Of a stretch of 64,000 nucleotides of DNA, positions 10,877 through 22,237 are shown one piece after another (positions within the stretch are counted from its first letter, which is position 1; each line of letters starts with the position of its first letter). The position numbers and the translations under genes were made by a program. A model generated the notes under the pieces. The model had not been told where the DNA came from and made no database searches. It saw nothing but the letters and a program-made list of their open reading frames with translations. Source of the stretch: Podarcis pityusensis (Eukaryota); the NCBI GenBank assembly GCA_964106645.2, contig OZ067038.1, one strand, 5' to 3'.

Positions 10877-13800
10877 GTGAGTACAGCTGTGAGCGGCCAG
10901 CCTTGGGGCCAGGCACCCCACAAATCAGTGCTGATGGTGCCTGGGACTGGTGAAAGACTAATCTGAACAGGAAGTGGAATTGTGGGATTCTGGCTCTGTT
11001 TCTGGGGAAACTGCATTTGCTGTGCAGCATGTTTTCAAGCATGCCTGTTCCTGGGAAGCAGCAGTAGTAGGAGAAGGCAGTTGCATTATTGTATTGCTTG
11101 TGGATTTCCCAGAGGCATGTGACTGGCCACTGTGGGACTAGACGGGCCTTTGGTCTTATGTTCTTACTAAGTTCCCACGAAATTGAGCAAGGCTTTCTCT
11201 CTAGAAAGTGTGTTTAGGGTTCAGCTTTAAACTTTTGTTCTTAAAATATTGGGCTTGGATGGTGCAATGGGATGCTGTGTCACAGCTCCTTCTCCCTCTG
11301 GCTTCTTTCTGGTGTGTTGAATTTTAGGATTCTTTTTTCACTTTGTCTGTCTTGCAGCTCCCTGGCACCACATTGAGAATCTGGACCTCTTTTTCTCTCG
11401 TATATCCTTACCTGAAGGGCAGGGATAGTTGTATCCCAGCTGTCGGGATTGGGGGTGGGGGCTCGGTTGCAGCAGAGCTGGGAACCCTTTACAAGGTTCC
11501 TTGTGGCCCATTAAACACTCCAAGAGGCAAAGGACCTTTCAGTATCAGTTCAGGAACAAAGGATAGCATAATAAAGAACCAGCCTCTGGAACCCATACAG
11601 GTTTACAGGCCAGACAGCAACAAAAACAATACAAGGAGATTTGCAATCACCCCCTCAAATGAAATTCTTTACGGCAGAAAGTTTCTGACCCTTTCCTCCC
11701 GATGGTGGCTAATCGTGACTTAATAGCATGGCAGGTTGAACTGGAAAAGGAGATGCTTCCTGCTAATGGGAGACTAGTCTCTGGTGAAACTAAGGGTACT
11801 GCAACCAATATTCTGAGCAATTCTCTTTGACTGTACCCCTCACGTCTATAACCTGCACCAGAAGAATGGCTTCACCTGTATGCTCATCAGTGAGATCTTT
11901 GAATTAATGTGAGTATGAACTCCATGTCTCTTCCCGTAAAACAGGATTGGAAGTGGACATTCATTGTATTTCCATGGGCACCTTGTCAGAGATGAAAAAA
12001 AGAGTTCTGGTTTCCTGCTGGAGCTAGTGATCCTTCCCTGGCCCCAATTCCCTGTCATTCAGGTTGATAGGAAAACAAATCCTACTCCTGATTCTCTTTA
12101 TGCAAGATGTCTCTGGTATGAAGGATTTAGACAGCTGGCACCTTTTGCTGGCCCAGATAATTTGAAGATGGGAGCGGGGAAGGGAAGGCTGAGTGCCTCC
12201 TAGTGTGACACATCTCCTCTTCTCACAGGCAGTTCATCTTTGTTGTGGCCTTCACCACATTCCTTGTCAGCTGTGTTGACTACGATATCCTGTTTGCTAA
12301 CAAGCTGGTGAATCACAGCCAGCATTCCAGTGACCCTGTCAAGGTGACCCTGCCAGATGCCTTCCTGCCTCCCAATGAGTGCAGTGCCAGGTAAAGTTAG
12401 CAATGGCTATCCTTTCCTAAAATTGACCACATCCTAGCCCATCTTGGTCGGGTCTAAAATCCAAGAGGCCTCCTGGATGCCTACTTTGCATTTTAAGTCA
12501 CACTCAATCGTAGCTGTAGGCTCGGAAATGTAGTTCTTGCAAGGTGAGCGTTGCTGTCAAAACTGCTTTCAGATGTTTACTTCTATATCTGCCAAATCTG
12601 GGGTCTCCAGTGTTAACCTAATGTCATTGATAAAGTCGGGCCCCAGACGAGCCAGACTTTTAATATACTAGACAATCTTTGGCCTCTTGTGGATTAACTG
12701 TGAGAGAAAGCTTTGAGTTCACATTTGTAGCTGTACCCATCTTCTCTCAGATTTTCCAGCCCAGTTGCCCATTAGTACAGTTTAATGCATCTCAGCACTG
12801 CATAGCCTTGCACCCACCTGAAGTGCCTGAATTCTAGCAATCTGAGAAGGAGGGGTTGGCACATGCTTTGGAAAGAACTGTAACGACCAGAAGGGAGGTG
12901 GCTGCTTCTTCCTTTCGGTGAATCCATCTTTCTCATAGGATCCAGGCCAATGGCTTTCTCATCTCTATCCTGGTGATTGCGGGGGTCTTCTGGATCCATC
13001 GGCTGATTAAATTCATCTACAACATTTGCTGCTATTGGGAAATCCACTCTTTTTACATCAACGCTCTCAAGATTCCCATGGTAAGCTGCTGTGCTCTGGG
13101 AACTGTTAGATATGCATGCACAAATCTACACACTGTGCTATTGATAGGGAATGTTGACACCTTAGCAATATAGTTCTGATTACCTGATTACAAGCAAATC
13201 AGTACTGCCATATCCTGCCCCCACTTTTTGTTTGCAACCTTCCCAGGAGCATTTGACTGACTGTTACTGGAGACAGAATGCTGGAGCAACATGACTTTTG
13301 GTTTGACCCAGAATAACATTTGGGTTGATCCTGCAATTCAGTTCTTAGTGTCTCATGTTCTTTTCGAACCAGTGAGAAGCCTGCAGATAATACCTATTGC
13401 TTCTTCTCCTTTAAGGGAAAAATCTTTCACTCCTGAATCTTCCTCTGTCCCTTATTGACCTTCCTCCAGAGTTGTACACTGCTGCTGATCTTTCTGGTCT
13501 GCTGCTAATCCCATGGTTGCTCAATCTGACTTGCTTGGTTGAGTGGCAGGGCTAGTATGTTCTGCAGCTGTCATTGTCTGGTTTGCCAGTGTTTGTTATT
13601 TGGTCCTTGCCCAAGAGTGTTAGAAGTTGAGTCTCTGCATAACCAATTCCCTTCCCCTTTTTCAGGAGTGGGGAAAGTTTTTGTTTGTTAAATTTGTTAG
13701 TCACTTTATCTTTCCCAAGACAACTCAAAGCAACAAACAAACAACCAAATGGACAAAAAGCCCCATCCCTAGATACATCAAAACCATTGTGGGGTGGGGG

Positions 13801-16800
13801 GAGAAATACATTAAAAACCTACCCACTTCTAAAAGGCCACAGATAGTCAAAGGCCTGGATATGAAGGAAAGTTTTTGCCTGGCACATAAAGATATATAAT
13901 GATGGTGCCAGGTGAACCACTCTGTGGAGAGCATTCCACAAATGGGGAGCCACCAAAGAAAAGGCTCATCTTCATGTTGCTACCCTCTGGACCGCTTGTG
14001 GAGGGGGGACATGAAGAAGCACTTTAGATGATGACTGCAGGGTCCAGGTTAGTTCATATGGGAAGAGATGGTCCTTGAGGTGTTGCGGTTCTGAGATGTT
14101 TGAGGCTTTATATGTCAAAATTGGGCCCAGAAACTAATTGGCAACCAGTACAGTCAGGCCAAGGTTGGTGTTACATGCTCAAACTGTCCTGCCTTGTTGA
14201 GCAACCTGGCCACTGAATCCCGCAACAGCTGAAGTTTCCGAAATGTCTCAGAGACAGTCCCATGTGCATTGCAGTAATCTAACCTAGAGGTTGCCAGAGC
14301 ATAGACAAGAGAAGTTAGGCTATCCCTGTCCAGTTGGGGTCACAGCTGGGCCACCAGCCAAAGCTGATGGAAACCACTCCATGCCACTGAGGCCACCTGA
14401 GCCTCAAGTGACACCAATGGATCCTGAATTATCCCCAAGTTGTGTACCTGCTCCTTCAGAAGGGAGTGTATCCCCAGCAAGAGGATTAGCCTTGTCACAG
14501 CACTAACCTCACCATCCCTCTCTTTGCCTGCAGTCCAATTTGCCCTACTACACATGGCAGGAGGTGCAGGCACGGATTGTCCAAATCCAGAAGGAACACC
14601 AGATCTGCATCCATAAGAAGGAGCTGACAGAACTGGACATCTACCACCGCATCCTGCGTTTCAAGAACTACATGGTGGCCATGGTGAACAAGTCGCTATT
14701 GCCTATGCGCTTCCACCTTCCCCTACTGGGCGATACAATCTTCTATACGCGTGGCCTCAAGTACAACTTTGAGCTCATCTTCTTCTGGGGCCCTGGCTCA
14801 CTCTTTGAGAATGAGTGGAGTCTCAAGGCCGAGTACAAGCGAGGCAGCAACCGCCTGGAGCTGGCTGAAAAGCTGGGCACCCGCATCCTCTGGATTGGCA
14901 TTGCTAATTTTCTGCTCTGTCCGCTCATCCTCATCTGGCAGATCCTCTACGCCTTCTTCAGCTACACAGAGATTCTGAAGCGAGAGCCAGGAAGCTTGGG
15001 GGCTCGTTGCTGGTCCCTCTACGGCCGCTGCTACCTGCGGCACTTCAATGAGCTGGACCACGAGTTGCACTCACGCCTCAGCAAGGGCTACAAGCCAGCC
15101 TCCAAGTACATGAACTGCTTCATTTCACCTCTGTTCACTGTCGTGGCTAAGAATGTGGCCTTCTTTGCTGGCTCCATCCTCGCTGTCCTCATTGCCCTCA
15201 CAATTTATGATGAAGACGTGCTTGCTGTGGAGCATGTCCTCACCACAGTCACCATCCTGGGTGTGGCTGTCACTGTCTGCAGGTGAGTTGAGATTGGCTG
15301 CGAACAGAAGGGTTTTTGTTTTTGTTCTCTGAGTCTTGGCATCAACGGGGTGGTTGCCATTATTATGAGGAGCACCCAATCAGAGAATTGACAGGTGGAA
15401 ATTAAAAGCATTCTGCTGACCAAAAATTGCATTAAGCTACAAAAGTTTTTCTGCTGGGTCTCCCACTGAGGAAGTTACTGGGAGATGAATTGCCTGTGCT
15501 GCCTTTTCCTTCTGTGGCAATGATAGCTAGGACACTTGAGGAAATTGATTAAGCTTAACAACCCACGTCTTTCAGCTCTGCAAAACTGGTTGCTTCCCTG
15601 GTTTAGTGATCTCAGTGATGGTGGTGCCTTGGAGTTGTTTAAACTGTGACATCTGCAATGAGAGGGCCCCTGGGATGGTTCGAGGCAAAGCCTGGTTTTT
15701 CTAGAATAGTGCAACCTTAGACTTACCTTTCAGTTTTTGCCTGGATCAAGCAAGGACAGAGCTTCTATCTGTCCATGAAGAATGTGACAGGCACTGCTTA
15801 AAGGTAATACTCTGGGGTGAGTCACAAACTAGGGTAAGCGGACAGAAAAGGAGAAAAAGGAGTTGGAAACATCAGCTCAGCTTGATATCTGAGAGATGAA
15901 ACAACGGTGTGGGTGGTATAGCAGGTATAGCTGCTGATTAAACAGAGTTAGCTGTGCTGTATATTGATGTGCAGTAAAAATCAACCTGATGCTTCCCTAT
16001 GTTGTAATTGATAGTTGATCAGCTTCTGACATTTTAAATTGATGTAACCTGCCACTGACTTAATGTTGAATAGGAGTCTAAGAAATCCAGAATCTAGGGA
16101 TTTGGCTGATCACTGAGTCTGTGAGGAATTGTTGCAAGGTTGCTTTAGAGGCAAACAGGCATCACACATTTTATTACCCTTTTATCAAAGGCAGTCTGAA
16201 CAAGTCTGTACTTCAAAAAAGGATATAAATAAGTACATAAATGTGTGAAATTATCATCTTCCTCCACAGTGAACCAGTTTGTTAAAGCTGAACCTGCTAT
16301 ATCTGACCCATAAATAGTTTATCTCACTACACTCCTCTGTGTTCATCTTTCCATGAAGAGGGAACATGGGGCTGGGGACCCCTAGAACATAAGGTGTCTG
16401 TCTGCTTGCTTTTATGAAGGAATGTAGCTCTCCTTGACACCTGCCCCATCTGTCTTGCAGATCCTTCATCCCGGACCAGCACCTGGTCTTCTGCCCAGAG
16501 CAGTTGCTTCGGGTGATTCTGGCGCACATCCACTACATGCCTGACCACTGGCAGGGCAACGCCCACCGCTATGAAACCCGAGATGAGTTCTCCCAGCTCT
16601 TCCAGTACAAGGCGGTGAGGTGGGGCAGGGTAGGGTGGGAGGAAATCATATAAGAACTGCCCTTTGCATAAACCCTGACTAGATCCAAGCATGTATTGTC
16701 CGTAGAGTTCCCCCCAAAATGGGGGAGGTTCTCTGACCCCAGGGCATGTGGGAGGAAAGAATCACTGGTATTTCCCCCAGTTATTCTCCCCAGTGCCTGC

Positions 16801-19800
16801 AGTCATGTCTTGAGGCTGTGCTGTGGTTTCACAAGTGATAGACACCCGTGCAGTTGTTGAACTTAATGCCTTTGTCTCCTTTACTTAAGGTGTTCATCCT
16901 GGAAGAGCTGCTCAGCCCCATTGTGACTCCCTTGATCCTCATCTTCTGTCTGAGGCCCAAAGCTCTAGAGATAATTGATTTCTTCCGCAACTTCACTGTG
17001 GAGGTGGTGGGCGTGGGAGATACCTGCTCCTTTGCCCAGATGGATGTGCGGTGGCATGGACACCCTGCGGTAAGTCCCAGTGAGGGGCAGCATCATGGAC
17101 CTGACATGCCTTGCCTTGTCCTGGGTCACAGACACCCTGCAGTGCCCCTGTCCTGCCCCAGTAGGCAGCTGTGACGCTGCTCGCAGGTCAGGTCTGCAGT
17201 GCCCTTGTGTCTGCTGGCTGCTCCTAGTCCCATTGAGGCAGCTGCATGGTGTGCACAAAACACCCTGTCCCTCTCTTGTTTTGCAGTGGATGTCAGCGGG
17301 GAAGACGGAGGCTTCCGTTTACCAACAAGCCGAGGATGGCAAGACGGAGTTGTCCCTCATGCACTTTGCTATCACCAACCCACACTGGCAACCTCCTCGG
17401 GAGAGCACGGCTTTCATCGGCTTGCTTAAGGAACGTGTGCACCGCGACAGCAGCCTGGCTCTGGCCCAGCAGGCTGTCCTGCCTGACAACGCCCTCTTCA
17501 CCTCCATTCAGTCCTTGCAGTCAGAATCAGAGGTACTGGGAACTAGTGTGTGGTAGAACAGGACATAATCCTGGTTTATCATAGGGAGAGATTTGGAGTG
17601 AACTGTTTCTTTTTGGTGGGATGGGGATAATGTTTCTATGTGGGCTTCTGGGCTCCGTGGAGTCATTTGAGTGCCATGGTAGTATGGCTGCCACTTTCTC
17701 ATTGTGACCTAATTAGACTACCTTCCTCTTGCAAGCATGCTACTTCTGTCTCCTGTTATCTCTTCAGCAAAAGTTAGTCATACTCCCCTAAAAGTTGGAA
17801 CCTTCAGAGTCTCCACGTTACCCATCCTCTCTCCCCACTCCTTTATTTCCCAATTCCTTTTCCTAGGATATATTATTGCTTTTCTTTCTGTATATTTTTA
17901 TTGTGAAAGTCTTACGCTTACGGAAGACTCAAAGGTTGCAAAATGGAATTGTGATGAATCAGTGAGATTCCTGTTGATATGAATTGATATTGGAATCAAT
18001 ATTATTCAATAAGATGCACAAATAACACTCAAATGTAAATAAAGTCAGACATAAATAAGCACCATCCCTCCCATCCACCCCCAGAAGGTCCTTGGTGTCT
18101 TGTGGTTACATTGTTTCAATTTCACTTATCCAACTGCAATAAAAAACCTAAGGTCCTTTTGTGTTTAGGATCTCTTAATGTGACTAACAATCCCCTTCTC
18201 ACTGAATCACTTGTCTTTCCTATAAGAAAGTCCCCCAACACCTGTAGCATCTTCTCTTCCAAGTGTCACCATTTAGAAAGCATTTGAATTGCTGGGGGCT
18301 GGAGATGGGTGGGCTAATTTTCCAAAATGTGGAGAGAATTCAGGATCCACACTGCAAAGGCAGAGGTGAAGTTATTTATTTTTATTACAGTATATAATTT
18401 CTAGACCGCCCTTCACCCAAGAATCACAGGGTGGTTTGCAAAGTTCAGTTGTGGTGGTGAAGTGTCAAATGTAGATAGATGGGGCAGACCTTGGATCTTC
18501 CTGCCTGGGTCACACCTCCCTCCTCTGTTCTCTCCCTGCAGCCACACAGCCTGATTGCCAATGTGATTGCAGGCTCCTCAGTCCTGGGCTACCAGGCAGT
18601 CCGTGATGGGCAGGCCTCGCGGCATCTCTCGGCTGTGTCTGAGGTGGCATCTGCCCTGCGTTCTTTCTCTCCTCTTCAGTCAACGCAGGCGGCCCACAGG
18701 AGTTCCCACACAGAAGGTTCTCAACATCGGGGTCCTGGCACAATGGCAGGCTCAGGGTAAGAAGCAGCATGTTGTAAGGGGCTAGAGGAAAAAGCCAAGA
18801 ATTGAGCACCTCACCAGCACTTTACCCAGAGTGCTCTGAGGACTATTTCATGAGGCTTTTCCCAGCACAGCTATACATTACTGTGTGTTAGAGCAGGAGG
18901 CAGCCTCCTAGATGTGCCTTTGAAGCAGCAGCAAGAGCTTTTTATGCCTTTTATTACCTCTCTCCTATTGGACTCCCAGTTCCCATCAGTGCCAGCTAGC
19001 ATGGCCAGTGGCAAAGACTGGTCACAAGCTCCCCACCCATGGCTTGGGGTTTTCTTGTGTTTGGAGCTGAGGTTATGAGGGACAGCAGAAAGCTATCCAG
19101 TTCTGCAAGGCTCCCCAAAATATTGCTGTGTGTTCTAAACATTCACTTTTAGTTAGCAGGCTACAGTGGTGGTATGGTTGATGTCACCCTTTCTAGGCTC
19201 AGAGGGGGGAAAGCTGCTGCAATCATACTATTGGGGTGTGGAGTAGCAAGAAGGTGCCTTCTGGACTCCAAATCACTCTTTCTAACACATCTTGACTTGA
19301 CTCTTCTCTCCCTTCTGGCTTGCAGGGTTGATGCCAGGACAGCTAGTTCTGGCAGTAGTGCCTGGGAGGGCCAGCTTCAGAGCCTGATCCTTTCAGAATA
19401 TGCCTCTACTGAGATGAGTCTGCATGCACTCTACATGCATGAGGTGAGCTGAGCATCAAGAATCATGCAGGCCTTTGCAATGGGCCCTGAAGGTTCTGAG
19501 TAGACCTGCATCTTGAGACATGTGTACCTGAATGAGTACAGCAAAGGAGGATCGAATAAGCCTCTGTACTGTGATATAGCTCCTAACCTAAGAGAAAGGC
19601 CCTTCATTATACAGAAATCAGGCTGGTAGCAAATGCCCCCTTCACTGGGCCATGATTTATGGCAATTTGTGCATAACTGAACATGAGTGGAGAGTATATA
19701 GGCTTGCAGGATGTGAGTGACACTTGCATGGATGCAGGTGACGACTTGCATAGACCTGTGTAGAAGCATGTGAAATTTAGGCTGTAAATGTGATATTTAT

Positions 19801-22237
19801 GTGGAGGCCTGTGATACTTGGATTGTATCAGGTCCCAAACTGGGCTTACTTGGGACACATGTCAATGTTACCATAGGGTTCTAGCTGGCTGCCCATTAAT
19901 ACCCCCTGCCATTCTCAGTTACACAAGCAGCATGCCCAGTTGGAGCCTGAGCGGCACTTGTGGCACCGGCGAGAGAGTGATGAGAGTGGTGAAAGCGCCC
20001 AGGAGGAGCCCGATGCTCATCAGGGCACCCCAAGCAGTGCCATTCCCCGTTCAGCCAGCTATCCTTTCGCCTCACCTCGCCAGGCTGGTGATGAGACAGC
20101 TGCTCTGCAAGCCGGCTTCCAGCGTCGATATGGAGGTGTCTCAGGTATGTTTCAGGAACGCCAAACTCAAAGTGTTTCCATATTCCTTAGCCAGAAAAGG
20201 CTTTATTTCCTGCCAAACCCTGCACATACACATGCTGGCATTTCTTGTTAACTACAGGGCAACGAGAGAAAAAGATTAGATATCAGTCTGACATGCTGCT
20301 TGGCAGTTTTGGTGAACCCTTTTGATGACATGGCCAGTGCATCATATGTAAGAGGCAAGCTTTTACCTGTGCTGCCTACACTCTCAGATTGCCTCAAGGC
20401 CAACCTCAGTGCCTTCACTCCTTGCTGATCAGCAGGTTTGGAGCACTGGCTAGCAGTGCTACAAGAGTGGCATTATGAGTTTGGGAAGTTCAAAAATCCA
20501 TTTTGCTTTCATTGCTGCCATTTCAGAAGGCACCATTTTCTCTGTGATTTGGGCTCTCATTTTCTTTAGTTTCGATTTCCAGAAGGCTCAATTTTCTTTG
20601 GTTATGATTTTCCAGAAGGGTAACCATGTCAGTCCATGAAAGCATGTGCTACCTTAAAGACTAATTTATGACATATTCATACCTCATCAGATGGAGTAGA
20701 CTATGGTTCATAATAAATTTATTAGTCTTTAATGTGCCACAAGACTCTTTGTTGTTCTGGTCACAAAGCTATCAATATATTTATTTCTTTCAGCAAGGGG
20801 CATAGCCAAAGCTGGCAGGGTAGGGTGTTGCTTAATGGACTTGTTTAGAGGAGCAGGTGCGAACAAAAAGACCAAGAGTACTTGCAAGATATTATATTTC
20901 CACTTACGCCACTGCTTCCCAGCTACTGTATCTGTGTTGGGTGGCTGGTAATGGGGAACAGAGCAGACTGGAAGCACCAAACAGATTTTGTAGCAAAATT
21001 TAACTTTGGCTACCCCATCCGGTGGTTATCTTTTCCTCTTTGTTTTCCCACAGACCCTGGCCTGGTGCACAGAGCCCCATCACACTTCGCTCGGCTGCCA
21101 CTTGGGGGGTGGGCTGAAGATGGCCAGACTGCTCGGCACCCAGAGCCTGTGCCAGAGGAGAGCTTGGAAGATGAGTTGCCACCTCAGATACACAAGGTAC
21201 AGCCTGGTTGATACTTGGGCATTGGCAATGGCTGTGTCATGAAACCAGAGGAATCTGCAGTCTCTTAATGCAGCTATATGTATTACTGCACTATCATCAC
21301 CAGGAGCTACCTGGCCAAAGACTAGTTAGTACAAAAATAATTTGATTTTGTGTTTGGGAAGGCTCTACTGATACGAACTAGTCGGGCTTTCAGGAACTCA
21401 TACACAAAGCAGACCAAATAAATCAGGCAAGGCTATCCTGTAAACTGCCCCGTGTTCCTTGGTTGAAGGGAGAAATTTTAATTTATAAATTAAAGAAAGA
21501 AAGCCATGTTTGGGTACACTCCCCCCCCAAAAAAGTGTCATCTCAGGGTAATATTTAATGCTGTATTGTTTTTAACACTCGATTGGAAGCTGCCCAGGGT
21601 GGCTGGGGAAACTCAGCCAGATGGGCGGGGTATAAATAATAAATTAATATCATTATTAAGAGGGAAGAGAGTAATATGAGAAGCTGAGTAAGCCAGGCTT
21701 CCTCAACCTTGGCCCTCCGGATGTTTTTGGCCTACAACTCCCATGATCCCTAGCTAGCAGGACCAGTGGTCAGGGATGATGGGAATTGTAGTTTCAAAAC
21801 ATCTGGAGGGCCGAGGTTGAGGAAGCCTGGAGTAAGCTATGGAGGGACAGAGAGCAATGGCAGGCATTCTGTGAAAGATCTCTAGCTTCAGTGTGCTAGG
21901 CACACACAAAAGTAGGCTGGGGGCATTTTCTGCCTTGGAAAGGGGAATTTCAGTATATGCAGCATTTCTTCCCCTCCATCAGCTGTAGCTGTCAAAATGT
22001 TCTCTTCCATATGGGTTTTAGAGGTGGAGGATCCTTATTCTCCTTTGCATGTAGTCAGCTGATATTGCTAAATAGCCTACAACTTGCTTAAAAATAAATA
22101 CTGAAGGTTTCAGGAGGTGGGATCTTTGTTTGGCACAAAATCTGGAGTATTCAGAGCTTTGCTTTGACCCAGTCTTTCTCCTCACTGTCCCCCTTCCCAA
22201 ATAACTTCCTTTGCCCTCCCAATTCCTTCAGGTGTAG
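10774..22237 (+). CDS. ATG9A: Autophagy-related protein 9A (lipid scramblase); 14 coding exons, 2553 nt, 850 aa
   Basis: MAHFDTEYQRLEASY...PPQIHKV* is near-identical to vertebrate ATG9A; all exons phase-consistent. Confidence 0.98.
11358..11401 (+). CDS. ATG9A: ATG9A coding exon 2
   Basis: SPWHHIENLDLFFSR, followed by U12 donor ATATCCTT. Confidence 0.93.
11402..11843 (+). other. U12-type (minor spliceosome) AT-AC intron in ATG9A
   Basis: 5' ATATCCTT, branch-like TCTTTGAC 11824-11831, 3' CAC; joining restores FFSR|VYNLHQK. Confidence 0.92.
11844..11908 (+). CDS. ATG9A: ATG9A coding exon 3
   Basis: VYNLHQKNGFTCMLISEIFELM. Confidence 0.93.
12229..12390 (+). CDS. ATG9A: ATG9A coding exon 4
   Basis: QFIFVVAFTTFLVSCVDYDILFANK...ECSAR. 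Confidence 0.95.
12939..13080 (+). CDS. ATG9A: ATG9A coding exon 5
   Basis: IQANGFLISILVIAGVFWIHRL...KIPM. Confidence 0.95.
13740..14490 (-). mobile_element. L2 LINE 3' fragment
   Basis: GCATTCCAC...GCCACC...AAAGGC and CAGTAATCTAACCTAGAGGTT stretches typical of an antisense L2 ORF2 end. Confidence 0.6.
14534..15282 (+). CDS. ATG9A: ATG9A coding exon 6
   Basis: SNLPYYTWQEVQARIV...VAVTVCR. Confidence 0.97.
16461..16614 (+). CDS. ATG9A: ATG9A coding exon 7
   Basis: SFIPDQHLVFCPEQLL...LFQYKA. Confidence 0.95.
16890..17069 (+). CDS. ATG9A: ATG9A coding exon 8
   Basis: VFILEELLSPIVTPL...HGHPA. Confidence 0.95.
17287..17532 (+). CDS. ATG9A: ATG9A coding exon 9
   Basis: WMSAGKTEASVYQQAEDGKTELSL...LQSESE. 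Confidence 0.95.
18542..18756 (+). CDS. ATG9A: ATG9A coding exon 10
   Basis: PHSLIANVIAGSS...EVASALRSFSPLQ...MAGSG. Confidence 0.93.
19326..19443 (+). CDS. ATG9A: ATG9A coding exon 11
   Basis: VDARTASSGSSAWEGQLQSL...LYMHE. Confidence 0.95.
19919..20144 (+). CDS. ATG9A: ATG9A coding exon 12
   Basis: LHKQHAQLEPERHLWHRRESDESGES...RSASYP...RRYGGVS. Confidence 0.94.
20619..20765. mobile_element. Degraded Penelope-like palindromic element
   Basis: CCTTAAAGACTAAT ... ATTAGTCTTTAATGTGCCACAAGACTC, related to the 2287 element. Confidence 0.5.
21054..21196 (+). CDS. ATG9A: ATG9A coding exon 13
   Basis: DPGLVHRAPSHFARLPLGGWAEDG...PPQIHK. Confidence 0.94.
21694..21829. mobile_element. hAT-type MITE
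   Basis: TIRs CAGGCTTCCTCAACCT / AGGTTGAGGAAGCCTG; perfect TSD GAGTAAGC; degraded relatives near 24480, 33840, 55850. Confidence 0.85.
22232..22237 (+). CDS. ATG9A: ATG9A terminal exon coding part (Val-stop)
   Basis: Polypyrimidine tract, then ccttcag|GTG TAG; completes the HKV C-terminus. Confidence 0.85.
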   Translation: M

